DNA from: an uncultured archaeon
GTDB lineage: Archaea > Thermoplasmatota > Penumbrarchaeia > JASLWR01
Reading direction: 5' to 3'
NCBI GenBank assembly: GCA_964430885.1
Contig: CAYSHM010000019.1
Coordinates: 1 to 55,947 of the forward strand
Length of the DNA stretch: 55,947 nucleotides
The notes beneath the pieces are model-generated. The model was not told where the DNA came from. It searched no databases and worked only from the letters and a program-made list of their open reading frames with translations. This document shows positions 28,151 through 37,955 of this stretch, piece after piece (within the stretch, counting starts at the first letter, position 1; every line of letters begins with the position of its first letter). A program made the position numbers and the translations under genes.

Positions 28151-29065
28151 TTATTTAGAAGGATTTCCCGTACCAATCGCTACCATTCTTTCCAAGGGAA
28201 TTCTGGCCTTTCTGATAATGTCCATCGGGAGTTTGACCTCAGGTTCAAGTGTCTCAAGGCTTCGTATCACCTTGTCCAAGGTTATTTTTTTCATGGAGTA
28301 GCAGATTGCGTTTTCCAGTTGTATGAAAGTCTTGCTTGGATTGTCTTTTTTCAGCCTATAGGTCATCTCCTTCTCTGTTCCGATAATGAACTTATCCGCC
28401 TTCGAAGAACTTACATGGTCTGCCATTCCCTGGGTCGAGTATACTCCATGAGCTATGTCAATGATCTTTGGCGGACACTCGGGATGAACCAATATCTCGG
28501 CATCAGGATGTTTCTCCCTTAGGGCTAAAAAATCTTCCAAGGAAATTCTTTTATGATGCACATGGCAGAAACCCTCACAGTAGATAAGTTTCTTTTGCGG
28601 AACAAAGCGCTGTACGTATTTGCCCAGATTTGTATCGGGTATGAAAATTACTTCCTTGTTGGGAAGGCTTTTGACAACCTCAATTGCATTGGAAGAAGTA
28701 CAGCAGATGTCCACTTCTGCTTTGATCTCCGCAGTAGTATTTACATAGGCAACTGTTGCGGCATCAGGATATTTTTTCTTCAATTTCCTTAATTCAGGTA
28801 CTGTGATCATTGCTGCCATAGGACATCTGGCTTCTCTTGAGGGTATTACTACCGTCTTATTTGGTGAGAGAATCTTAGCGCTCTCGGCCATAAAATCCAC
28901 CCCGGCAAAAAGAATTATTTCTGCATCGGTGGCCGCAGCCTTCTTACTCAAACCCAGGGAATCTCCTACAAAATCCCCCACGTTCTGGATTTCTGGCATC
29001 TGATAGTTATGGGATAATATTACGGCATTTTTCTCTTTCTTCAACTCCAGAACTCTTCTTTTCAT
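28151..29065 (-). CDS. nadA: Quinolinate synthase NadA
   Basis: ILSHNYQ, GDSLGLS, FMAESAKILSP, CPMA, YVNTTA, CHVH, HPEC, CYSMK; ATG start at 29065 (possible ATT at 29083). Confidence 0.95.
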   Translation of the reverse strand: MKRRVLELKKEKNAVILSHNYQMPEIQNVGDFVGDSLGLSKKAAATDAEIILFAGVDFMAESAKILSPNKTVVIPSREARCPMAAMITVPELRKLKKKYPDAATVAYVNTTAEIKAEVDICCTSSNAIEVVKSLPNKEVIFIPDTNLGKYVQRFVPQKKLIYCEGFCHVHHKRISLEDFLALREKHPDAEILVHPECPPKIIDIAHGVYSTQGMADHVSSSKADKFIIGTEKEMTYRLKKDNPSKTFIQLENAICYSMKKITLDKVIRSLETLEPEVKLPMDIIRKARIPLERMVAIGTGNPSK

Positions 29066-29154
29066 CGATTCTACTTCGCTAATAGAGCTCCCCTCCAATT
29101 TTTCAGCAAACGCCAAATTCTGAATATTGACAATAATATGTATTATTAAAAATT

Positions 29155-29577
29155 TTAATGGTTCATAGGGCATCCTTGGCCTTTGTGCATCTCAATGACC
29201 TCGTCATCTCTGCCATTCTTCATGAAATAATCATTCAGTGCCGCGGCCAATCCCTCCTCCGCAAGATTTGAACAGTGCATTTTTGCAGGAGGCAGTCCCT
29301 TTAAGGAGTTGGCTACATCTCTGTTCGTAATCTTCTTTGCTTCCTCTAGGGTTTTGCCTTTGACTAGGTCCGTAAGCATGGAGCTAGTAGCAATCGCCGC
29401 CACACAACCGAAGGTCTTGAATTTGACATCTACAATCCTGTTATCATCTACTTTTATAGTGATTTTCATCACATCACCGCAGACGGGGTTGCCCACCGTA
29501 CCATTTCCGTCAGCATCTTCAATTTCACCCATATTCCGGGGATTCTGAAAATGATCCATAACTTCATCCGTATACAT
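29155..29577 (-). CDS. iscU: Fe-S scaffold IscU / NifU-N
   Basis: DHFQNPRN, GNPVCGD, FKTFGC, PPAKMHCS. Confidence 0.95.
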   Translation of the reverse strand: MYTDEVMDHFQNPRNMGEIEDADGNGTVGNPVCGDVMKITIKVDDNRIVDVKFKTFGCVAAIATSSMLTDLVKGKTLEEAKKITNRDVANSLKGLPPAKMHCSNLAEEGLAAALNDYFMKNGRDDEVIEMHKGQGCPMNH

Positions 29578-29674
29578 AAGAAGACCTACCGTTATTCCTG
29601 AATCAGAACTGCCCTTTACAAGCTCATTATCTATGTTATTTTCGATATATTTCTATTTGAAATGGATTTTATTT

Positions 29675-30853
29675 CTATTTATTCCAAAGAGGGGACATCA
29701 TCCGCAGCCTTTCCACCACCGATGGAATCTTATCCAGAACGTAATCCACCTCATCATCAGTATTGAAACGTCCCAGCGACAGCCTAAGGGACCCGTGTGC
29801 GCTCACGGGATCAAGCCCTATTGCGATGAGGGTTCGGGATGGTTTAAGTGATTTGGAGGAGCAGGCGGAGCCCGTGGAGGCTGCAATACCCATTCCATCA
29901 AGGGAGAGGAGCAGAGCTTCTCCCTCTATTCCAGTAAATCTGAAATGAGCGACATTGGGCAGGCATTGTGTGGGATGTCCATTGAGATAGCTTTCCTCAA
30001 TATTATCCAATATTCCTCTGATCAGCCTTCCCTTCATATTACCAATCCGTTCCGCTTCTTCTTTCATCTCCAACCGCGCAATTTCACATGTCTTGCCGAG
30101 TGCGACAATACCTGGAACGTTCTCAGTGCTGGACCGTAAACCCCTCTCATGACCGCCGCCGTGAATAATTGGTACAACCCTTATTCTCTTGTTGAGATAC
30201 AATCCGCCGACCCCTTTTGGAGCATATATCTTGTGTCCTGAAAATGAAAGCAGGTCGATCTTCAGGGCCTCAACATCTATTGGCAATTTACCCAGTGCCT
30301 GAACTGCATCTGTATGGAATATCACACCTTTTTCCCTGGCGATCTCGCCTATTTCAGACATGGGTTGAATAGTTCCGATCTCGTTATGTGCATATATCAC
30401 GCTGATAAGAAAGGTGGATTCAGTTATGCTTTTTCTAAGATTATCGAGGTCCACTATCCCGAATTTGTCAACGGGGAGTATATGTACCTTGAAACCTAAT
30501 TCCTCAAGGTACTTGCAAGTATTATGTACTGCCGGATGCTCAAAGGGAGAGATAATGATGTGTGGACCCTGGGGATGGTTCTTCAGATGGTCCATCATCC
30601 TGAAAGCAGTTCCCTTTATGGCCAGATTATCACTTTCCGAACCCGACGAAGTGAATATGATCTCCTTATCATTAGCATTGAGCAGTTTTGCTACCCTAGA
30701 TCGAGCCAGGTCGATAGCTTTTCTTCCCTCTCTGCCGAAGGAATGCAGTGAAGATGGATTGCCGAATGAATCACAGTAATGAGGCACCAGTTCCTCAAGA
30801 GCTCTTGGGTCTGTTCTTGTAGTTGCCGAGTTATCGAAATAAATCCGTTCCAT
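29675..30853 (-). CDS. iscS: Cysteine desulfurase (group I IscS/NifS)
   Basis: YFDNSATT, GNPSSLH, HTDAVQ, SGHKIYAPKG, STGSACSS. Confidence 0.95.
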   Translation of the reverse strand: MERIYFDNSATTRTDPRALEELVPHYCDSFGNPSSLHSFGREGRKAIDLARSRVAKLLNANDKEIIFTSSGSESDNLAIKGTAFRMMDHLKNHPQGPHIIISPFEHPAVHNTCKYLEELGFKVHILPVDKFGIVDLDNLRKSITESTFLISVIYAHNEIGTIQPMSEIGEIAREKGVIFHTDAVQALGKLPIDVEALKIDLLSFSGHKIYAPKGVGGLYLNKRIRVVPIIHGGGHERGLRSSTENVPGIVALGKTCEIARLEMKEEAERIGNMKGRLIRGILDNIEESYLNGHPTQCLPNVAHFRFTGIEGEALLLSLDGMGIAASTGSACSSKSLKPSRTLIAIGLDPVSAHGSLRLSLGRFNTDDEVDYVLDKIPSVVERLRMMSPLWNK

Positions 30854-30889
30854 TAGCATCACCTTAAATGTAGATCAAATAAACCGATT

Positions 30890-33676
30890 TCAGCCCATAG
30901 CAGTTATGAAATATATTACAAGATATATGCCGACACCTATCAATATCACTGAGCTGACCTTCTGTATAGCTGAAGTGGATACCTTAAGTTTCTGAAGGAA
31001 TGTGTTTGCTGAAATTGCAGTAAGAACAGTAATGAATATCATGAGTATCCCCATGACACCAGCTGCTATTAGAAATATTATGAGGGCTTTGAAAAATCCG
31101 CCCGACGAGAGAGCGCTGAACATCATGGCCAAAAGGAGGGGAGCAGTACATCCGGCGGCAGCTCCAGCATAGCCAGCCCCATAGAAGAAAAGATTGGAGT
31201 ACTGTGAGAAAAACCCCTTCTTCTTCACTTTCTTCGTGCCCGAGATATCGGATATTTTGTCAACTCCTTTTCTGAATGGGTGGAGTATCCTTGAGATGTC
31301 AACATCCATGAGCATCAGTATTCCAAGCACAATGATGATAACTCCGACTATTGGTTCCAGAATGCTCACGAAAGGTTTAATTGCTGTTCCTCCAGCACCG
31401 ATTATAATTCCGATTATTCCATATACCATTAGGAGGCCTAAAGCAGCAGCGCTCCCGCCTAGAAGGGCCCGTTTAAGATCTTTCTTTTTCTGGTCTCCCA
31501 TATAATACGACATGTAACCGGGAAGCAGCGGGAATGAACAGGGCGAGAAGAAAGAACCTATCCCTACAAGTATAGCAAATCCTGCTAATCCTAGGGTTGT
31601 TGACGATATGCTAGCTCCAGTGGAAGTGCCGGATATGGCCTTCTCAATCTCACTTGAGAGTTCCGACACCGATAGGTCGCCTTCATGAACAAAGGATATA
31701 TCTCCGTCGCCGTTTACAATAACCAATTTGGGTATGACCTTGACATTGTAATCGAGCATTAAATTCTGGGTGTCCATGGCAAACCGCCAATCCGCCCCAT
31801 GTTTTTCCTTGAAATCCCTGAGGTCATTATCTGTTTCCTCGCTATCTACATCAACAGTTATGATCTCAATCTCCTTTCCGTATTTGGAGCTTATTTCCTT
31901 AAGGGTGCTCATGACATCGTTGCATCCCGGACACCAGGTTGCCATGAAATCGATAATAACAGGTTTTCCCCTGAAATCATTCAAGTTGAACTGGTTGCCG
32001 TCAATATCCGTAAGAGTGAATTCTGGAGCCGCCTTGGTGGTTCTGCTCGAAGAGATGGCATAAACGGAAGTGATGATCAAAAGGACTGCGATAATGGCGA
32101 AGAGAGCATAAGTTTGCCGCCCTCTGTTCTTGATCCGGTTGACCAACTTCGAATTTGAGCTCCCTTTTTCGCTGGATTTCCCTATCCAGATCATGGTCCC
32201 AAGTAAAAGCAGAATGATAAGAGCTATCAGCACAATAAGGATACCGTCCAGTGAGATGCTACCGCCATCCTTTCCGGATTGGAAGTTGCTGATTGTAAAT
32301 TCCATTATGTCGGATCTGCTTTCACCGCCTAAAGAATTGAATTCGATGCCACTGCCGTCGTAGGCAATTATCTGAACGAAGATCCTGCTGCCTTGAACAT
32401 CAGGTATGTTGGCGCTGGCGCTGCTGTCCTGAAAGGCATAGCAAACACCGCTGTCATCACATAACTCCGTCCCTGTAAGATTCATTTCAATGAATGACCA
32501 TTCAGTAGCGTTAGATCCCTGGTAGTTATAGAGGAGGACCGCCTTGCTCACTCCGTCATCATCATCTATCTTTACGGCAATATTGATCCCGTTCTCCTCA
32601 CTTAATTGAACATTGCCTATTACCGGAAGATCATTCCCCCGATCGTATGCGGTAGACCTTGGATTTGATGATTGAACGCATCTTGGGACATTGGCGTTGT
32701 TACCCTGGTTACCTTCCTGGGAAGATGTATCCTGTGTATCAAACACCGCTGCTATGGCAGTAACATTTGCAGGTCTAATTGGTATGGTGGTTTCGGGAAA
32801 ATTCCATTGAGCCATTTCCACAGCATTTTCACCCTGGGAAAGTGATAATGGTATTGCCTGCATTGCATATCCCCGGAAAACGTTCCTATTGAGGACGGTC
32901 CTCTCCTCTACCGTGCTGTAGGCTTCGGCATTCTCTTCCACCATGAATACGTAAAGTTCACCCTGGAACTGGGGCCTTGGAAGAACTGCATTGCTGCCGA
33001 GATATTCCACTGTTACTGATACAGCATAGCCGTTTTCGGTTATTGTCTGGTCCACAAAGAGATTGAGATATTTAAAGTCTGAACGGATGTCCTGAAGTGG
33101 ATGGAGCGGGTTGATATTTCTTTCATCCCTATTCTTGCAGTCCTCAATGGCCCCTATAGCAGTATCCTTGTTCAGGGTACCGCCAGATAATCCTCCAAGT
33201 TCAATATAACCTCCGTCAAATTCAGCATCAGGGGTTCCGGAGATGCCAGGCTGATAATGCCGCATCCGTTCACGGGATTCATCGGTTGCAAGGTCATCTA
33301 CACCACCGCCGTTCAGTTCGTGGAACACAATATAATTAAAGGGCTGGTCGGCTTTGTCATGGTTTTCTTCCCATATTGATTCAAGTTCGGGGTGGGGTCC
33401 ATTCATGCAGGAAGGGCAGCTCAATCCAGTGAAGAATTCAATAAGGGGTCTATGAACATATCCTGCAGGGGCTTTTATACCGCCTGGGATTACAGTTTTA
33501 TCATTGGCTGATGGCTGGTTCGGGTCTTGAGAATAGAGATTATTTTCGTCCTGATCAACACCACCAGCAATTATGGAAGTGAAGATGATCAAGCTTGTAA
33601 AGAATAATGCCAGAAGAAGTGAAAAACGGGAGCGGGACATCATTATCTCTCTCATATTCTCGACTCGATCTAACAT
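30890..33676 (-). CDS. Membrane thiol-disulfide fusion: Omp28-like CxxC domain + TlpA/redoxin + CcdA/DsbD-TM domain
   Basis: IEFFTGLSCPSC; APEFTLTDIDG...IDFMATWCPGC; FFSPCSFPLLPGY and AAGCTAP in a multi-TM C-terminus. Confidence 0.85.
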   Translation of the reverse strand: MLDRVENMREIMMSRSRFSLLLALFFTSLIIFTSIIAGGVDQDENNLYSQDPNQPSANDKTVIPGGIKAPAGYVHRPLIEFFTGLSCPSCMNGPHPELESIWEENHDKADQPFNYIVFHELNGGGVDDLATDESRERMRHYQPGISGTPDAEFDGGYIELGGLSGGTLNKDTAIGAIEDCKNRDERNINPLHPLQDIRSDFKYLNLFVDQTITENGYAVSVTVEYLGSNAVLPRPQFQGELYVFMVEENAEAYSTVEERTVLNRNVFRGYAMQAIPLSLSQGENAVEMAQWNFPETTIPIRPANVTAIAAVFDTQDTSSQEGNQGNNANVPRCVQSSNPRSTAYDRGNDLPVIGNVQLSEENGINIAVKIDDDDGVSKAVLLYNYQGSNATEWSFIEMNLTGTELCDDSGVCYAFQDSSASANIPDVQGSRIFVQIIAYDGSGIEFNSLGGESRSDIMEFTISNFQSGKDGGSISLDGILIVLIALIILLLLGTMIWIGKSSEKGSSNSKLVNRIKNRGRQTYALFAIIAVLLIITSVYAISSSRTTKAAPEFTLTDIDGNQFNLNDFRGKPVIIDFMATWCPGCNDVMSTLKEISSKYGKEIEIITVDVDSEETDNDLRDFKEKHGADWRFAMDTQNLMLDYNVKVIPKLVIVNGDGDISFVHEGDLSVSELSSEIEKAISGTSTGASISSTTLGLAGFAILVGIGSFFSPCSFPLLPGYMSYYMGDQKKKDLKRALLGGSAAALGLLMVYGIIGIIIGAGGTAIKPFVSILEPIVGVIIIVLGILMLMDVDISRILHPFRKGVDKISDISGTKKVKKKGFFSQYSNLFFYGAGYAGAAAGCTAPLLLAMMFSALSSGGFFKALIIFLIAAGVMGILMIFITVLTAISANTFLQKLKVSTSAIQKVSSVILIGVGIYLVIYFITAMG

Positions 33677-33862
33677 AGAACGACGCTCCCTTGTTAACTT
33701 TTCGAATTGATAATTATATTATTCATCCGATTTACTATCTGAGGTATTATTGATATATCAATATCATAAGAAACAGATAGTACTTTTCATGCTATTTGTT
33801 CATACTATTATTAGATTAGGTATTTGAATTTCAAATAGAAGAAATTTTCATTTATAATCCAG

Positions 33863-34129
33863 TTATCCGCCTCCAACAGGCAGTGTTAGAAAAATGGGTC
33901 CTTCACATATTGTCTCTTCCTTTCTAACGATTCGTCCGTTCAGTATCACCATGATGAACTTCTTTTCATCACTGCTGTAACCCAATTCAGTCAACATTTG
34001 ATCATAGGTGAAATCCTCCGGATATCTAGTTATGAATGATCGCTCTTTCCTTGTCTTTCTCAGCAATCCTGATAATTGAATTTCAACATCAGTAAATTCA
34101 GTGTCTGTGTGGGATATTCCTGAGCTCAA
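33863..34129 (-). CDS. Ubiquitin-like sulfur carrier (MoaD/ThiS/SAMP)
   Basis: Beta-grasp pattern (VILNG), C-terminal PVGGG; TTG start at 34129 after AGGTGA (alternative ATG 34171). Confidence 0.8.
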   Translation of the reverse strand: MSSGISHTDTEFTDVEIQLSGLLRKTRKERSFITRYPEDFTYDQMLTELGYSSDEKKFIMVILNGRIVRKEETICEGPIFLTLPVGGG

Positions 34130-34184
34130 ATCCTTCACCTTTGATTTGATAGGGTCATTATGCCTGATCATGAAATAATAGGGG

Positions 34185-34227
34185 AAAAAAATAACGCTGC
34201 CAATTCCACCTTTCGAATTTGGCGGCG
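34185..34227 (-). terminator. GC-rich hairpin plus T-tract between the small Cys protein and SAMP genes
   Basis: Minus strand reads CGCCGCCAAATTC-loop-GAATTGGCAGCG followed by TTATTTTTTT. Confidence 0.55.
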
Positions 34228-34267
34228 GTGGTTAGGTTTATCTTTTTGGTCCCAAAAAGGAATAAAT

Positions 34268-34423
34268 TCACAATTCATTGTTGATTATCTTATCCTTTAA
34301 GGTATTCCATTGGTCCATGGTAAGTTCACAAGTATTATCTAGTTCACCTATCAAGACCTTATCCTCATGCAGCTCGATCTTTGGGCAGTTACCGCTGCAG
34401 CATAGTTCTATAACTCTCTTCAT
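34268..34423 (-). CDS. Small Cys-rich protein, 51 aa (absent from the ORF track)
   Basis: Translates MKRVIELCCSGNCPKIELHEDKVLIGELDNTCELTMDQWNTLKDKIINNEL*; SD-like AGGGGA 7 nt upstream; terminator hairpin downstream. Confidence 0.75.
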   Translation of the reverse strand: MKRVIELCCSGNCPKIELHEDKVLIGELDNTCELTMDQWNTLKDKIINNEL

Positions 34424-34445
34424 GTTGATATCCCCTGCAAAAACA

Positions 34446-34471
34446 GTTATAGTATAACAGCGTAATATTAC
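34446..34471. promoter_or_regulatory. Candidate operator palindromes in the divergent promoter
   Basis: GTTATA-G-TATAAC (34446-34458) and GTAATATTAC (34462-34471). Confidence 0.3.
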
Positions 34472-34628
34472 TTAATAAAATTTTTCTTCAGGTTATTGAA
34501 TCATAATTTTATTCGATTAAATCATACTTTTAAATAATAAAATTATAATATATAATCATTCTATCATAACTTGAATTCCTATCTTAATCATTCTTGGAAG
34601 GGTTTTGATAACGTAAAGGGTGACAATT

Positions 34629-34997
34629 ATGAGGCCAAAATGCGAGATAGTTGCTAGAAATATATTACCCAAGGTAAGGGCGGAGCTTGTAAAATCATTG
34701 ATATTGACCTACAATTGGCAGCAGGTCAAGGTTGCGGAAATATTAGGTATTTCTCAAGCTTCAGTCAGTCATTATCTTACTGATAACCGCGGACATGATG
34801 ATCATCTCAATAATGTATTTCCAGATATTGGTGATTATACAGATATTTTGGCCAAGGATATAGTGGAGAACAATGAAAAGACCGACGATTTGGGAAAGAT
34901 ATTCAAAGCAGACGTGTTATGTAATGTTTGCAGAACAATACTTACTGATTCCAGGTTCAAGGAGTATGTCGGATTGATTTCAGAAAAGAATCCTTAG
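34629..34997 (+). CDS. HTH transcriptional regulator (COG2522-like) with Cys motifs
   Basis: RPKCE..ARNILPKVRA, QVKVAEILGISQASVSHY, LCNVC. Confidence 0.82.
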   Translation: MRPKCEIVARNILPKVRAELVKSLILTYNWQQVKVAEILGISQASVSHYLTDNRGHDDHLNNVFPDIGDYTDILAKDIVENNEKTDDLGKIFKADVLCNVCRTILTDSRFKEYVGLISEKNP

Positions 34998-35177
34998 GTA
35001 GCTGGAGTATACATTATTTTGTTCACCAATAACGTAGAAATATTTTTTATATAGTTTATGAACCTACATCGCCCGGATAGTCTGAAGTTCATTGATCATA
35101 TATCCCTTCCGGGATTATTCCAATTCATTCGGTTATATTTAGAGATATTAAATGTATTTTATATTGGCGGAATCTAC

Positions 35178-37199
35178 ATGACCCTGATAATATGTGAGAA
35201 AAACAATGCGGCAAAGAGGATAGCCCATATCCTTTCAGGTGGAAAAGCCCGGAGCAATTCTAAGTTCAAAAGGCCATATTATTCTTATGAAGAGAAGGGT
35301 GAGAAATTTGATATCATCGGGCTTCGGGGTCATATTGTAGCGCTTGATTATCCTGAAGAATATAATTCATGGCGCAAGGTGAAACCTAAGGATCTTGTTT
35401 CCATAGATCCCATCCTCGTTGATAAGGAGAAGAGTATAATAAGGGCTTTAAGGTGGCTTTCTAAGAACCACAATGAGACGATAATAGCCACTGATTTTGA
35501 TAGAGAAGGTGAACTCATCGGCAAGGAGGCCCTAGATGTCATCATGGATGCGAATTCAGGAATGAAGGAGAGGAGGGTTCATTTTTCATCCTTGACCCGC
35601 AATGAAATTATTTCAGCATTTGAAAAACCCCTTGATATGGATTGGAATCTGGTGGATGCTGCCTTCACCAGGCAGTATGTAGATCTGGTTTGGGGGGTTA
35701 CTCTTACCCGTTTTATTTCCCTGACTTCCGGGAAAGTAGGTCAGGATTTTCTTTCTGTAGGCAGGGTCCAAACCCCTACCCTTTCATTGCTTGTGGAAAA
35801 GGAAGCTGAGATTGAAGCATTCAAGTCCCAGAAATATTGGGTCATTAAGGCTCTTCTGAATAAAGGAGTTGACTTTCAAGCTAAACATAAGAAGGGGCAT
35901 TTCAAAAAGGAAGAGGATATGAAAAGGGTAATGGAGCAGGTCAAGGATGCCAAGCAGGCTAGGGTGATGAATTTAAGATTTACCAAGAGCAACCGTTATC
36001 CACCCTCACCATTCAGCACCACCCTGTTTTTAAAGGATGCTACCAAGTTGGGAATGTCGGCTGCAGAGGCCATGGCCATTGCCGAGGACCTTTATACCCG
36101 GGGATATATCAGCTATCCCAGGACCGATAATACTGTTTATCCCAAAGGCATAGATATTAGGGACATATTGGGAAAGTTCTCATCTCATAAGGAATACGGT
36201 GAATATGTAAAGGAGCTGCTTGCCAAGAATGATCTTCGCCCTTCAAGGGGGAAAAAACAGACCACCGACCACCCTCCGATTTATCCTACAAAGTGTGTAA
36301 CACCGGAGAAACTGGAGAAAAAACAGCAGAAGATATATGACCTTGTGGTCAGGAGATTCCTAGCCACACTGGGTGATAAATGCATTCTTGAAAAAGGCAA
36401 TATTGAATTTGATATAAAGACGGAACCGTTTATATCCAAATCACTCAGAGTTGTTCAGCCCGGCTGGACGAAGTACTATCGGTTCAACGGAATCCGTACT
36501 TCAAATGTACCTGAACTTGAAAAGGATGAGATGGTAACGATCAAGGAGATAGAATCAAAAGAAAAGGAGACAAAACCTCCTGCAAGGTACAATCAAGGCA
36601 ATCTTATAGGAGAGATGGAAAAACTGGGTCTGGGCACAAAATCAACAAGACATTCCATAATTCAGAAATTGATACAGAGGAATTTCCTGAACTCGAATCC
36701 ATTGAAACCAACGGAGTCAGGAAAAGCTTTGATCAGCACCATGTCAAAATACTCCGAGCCGATCACACGATCTGAGATGACCAGTCAGTTGGAGGAGGAT
36801 ATGCTTAAAATTGCCGAGGGTAAAATGGACTGGGTAAAGGTATCCGAGGAATCCCAAAAAATGCTAATGGACATATTTAAGGTCCTCGAAGAAAATGTCA
36901 CTCTGATCCGCAATAACCTCCGGGAGGCCCTAAAGGATCAGAACACTCTTGGTGAATGCCCCCAGTGCCAGGGGAAGATGCTGATCCGAAGGTCCAGGAG
37001 AGGAAAAAGGTTTGCTGGCTGCAGCAGTTATCCTCAGTGCAAAAATACATATCCTCTTCCGCAGTACGGAGGCATACGGCCAAAAGAGGAGAAATGCTCC
37101 GTTTGCGGCTCTCCAGTGGTAAATATCATTAAAAAGGGTAAGAAACCTTGGGAAATCTGTATCAACATGGGGTGTGAATATAACAAGAATGAAGGATGA
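35178..37199 (+). CDS. topA: DNA topoisomerase IA
   Basis: IICEK, LRGHI, ATDFDREGE, SVGRVQTPTL, ISYPRTD, C-terminal zinc ribbons; likely start ATG 35178. Confidence 0.95.
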   Translation: MTLIICEKNNAAKRIAHILSGGKARSNSKFKRPYYSYEEKGEKFDIIGLRGHIVALDYPEEYNSWRKVKPKDLVSIDPILVDKEKSIIRALRWLSKNHNETIIATDFDREGELIGKEALDVIMDANSGMKERRVHFSSLTRNEIISAFEKPLDMDWNLVDAAFTRQYVDLVWGVTLTRFISLTSGKVGQDFLSVGRVQTPTLSLLVEKEAEIEAFKSQKYWVIKALLNKGVDFQAKHKKGHFKKEEDMKRVMEQVKDAKQARVMNLRFTKSNRYPPSPFSTTLFLKDATKLGMSAAEAMAIAEDLYTRGYISYPRTDNTVYPKGIDIRDILGKFSSHKEYGEYVKELLAKNDLRPSRGKKQTTDHPPIYPTKCVTPEKLEKKQQKIYDLVVRRFLATLGDKCILEKGNIEFDIKTEPFISKSLRVVQPGWTKYYRFNGIRTSNVPELEKDEMVTIKEIESKEKETKPPARYNQGNLIGEMEKLGLGTKSTRHSIIQKLIQRNFLNSNPLKPTESGKALISTMSKYSEPITRSEMTSQLEEDMLKIAEGKMDWVKVSEESQKMLMDIFKVLEENVTLIRNNLREALKDQNTLGECPQCQGKMLIRRSRRGKRFAGCSSYPQCKNTYPLPQYGGIRPKEEKCSVCGSPVVNIIKKGKKPWEICINMGCEYNKNEG

Positions 37200-37327
37200 A
37201 CAATCTATATGAACAAAGATTTATTCTTTAATTTCCATAAACTGGGAAATATTTGAAGTGCTTTGGTTTTTGTAGATTCATTAATTATTCTTTGAAAAAA
37301 TATAACTCGACGGGAGCGATTTTTCAT

Positions 37328-37840
37328 ATGCCGAAGGTTCATAGGCATTTTACAGCTACCACATTCGTGGTATTCAAAGGAAAGACCCTGCTCCATTATC
37401 ATCAGGGGCTGGAAATGTGGCTGCCGCCAGGGGGGCATTTGGAGCCCGATGAACTGCCGGACGCTGCAGCACTAAGGGAAGTTCTTGAAGAAACAGGACT
37501 TGAAGTGGATTTGTATGACCCCAGATGTCTTAAGTCAAAGGATAATGTTAGCAGTGAAATCAAAGATGCAGTAGATCTAAATGGGATCATTTCAGATAAT
37601 GTGAGGGAATTGACTTCTCCTTACTGTATTCTTCTGGAAGATATTGAGCCGGGTCATCAACATATTGATCTGATTTATTTTGCCATATCTCGGACGTGTG
37701 AACTGAAACCCAAGGATGGATGCATAAGGGAATTCAAATGGTTGGATCCGGTTGGATTAAATGATTTTAAACCCCTTAAGGAGGATGTTAGGATATTGGC
37801 AAAAAGAGCGATAGTTCTTTTAAGCGAATTCATTATCTAA
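37328..37840 (+). CDS. NUDIX hydrolase
   Basis: Nudix box GGHLEPDELPDAAALREVLEETGL; RHFTAT; HQHIDLIY. Confidence 0.88.
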   Translation: MPKVHRHFTATTFVVFKGKTLLHYHQGLEMWLPPGGHLEPDELPDAAALREVLEETGLEVDLYDPRCLKSKDNVSSEIKDAVDLNGIISDNVRELTSPYCILLEDIEPGHQHIDLIYFAISRTCELKPKDGCIREFKWLDPVGLNDFKPLKEDVRILAKRAIVLLSEFII

Positions 37841-37955
37841 TGCAAGAGACGTATTATTTTGACTGAAGCTAATTAGAAAGTGAGGTGTTGTTACGGGAAG
37901 GAAATCCAATAAGAAAACCGAAAAGTGTGGAGATGATTGCTTAGACAAACCCGAC

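Noticed and set aside
29099-29173. Long N-terminal extension of nadA from the ORF track (likewise topA 35058, NUDIX 37253, HTH 45125, fumarase 51321)
   Set aside because: The extensions run through AT-rich intergenic DNA, lack SD motifs and precede the family N-terminus.
34185-34270. Archaeal SECIS with UGA read-through of the small Cys ORF
   Set aside because: The hairpin lacks the GAA/A internal loop with a short GC apical stem and is followed by a T-tract; read-through adds only about 9 codons.
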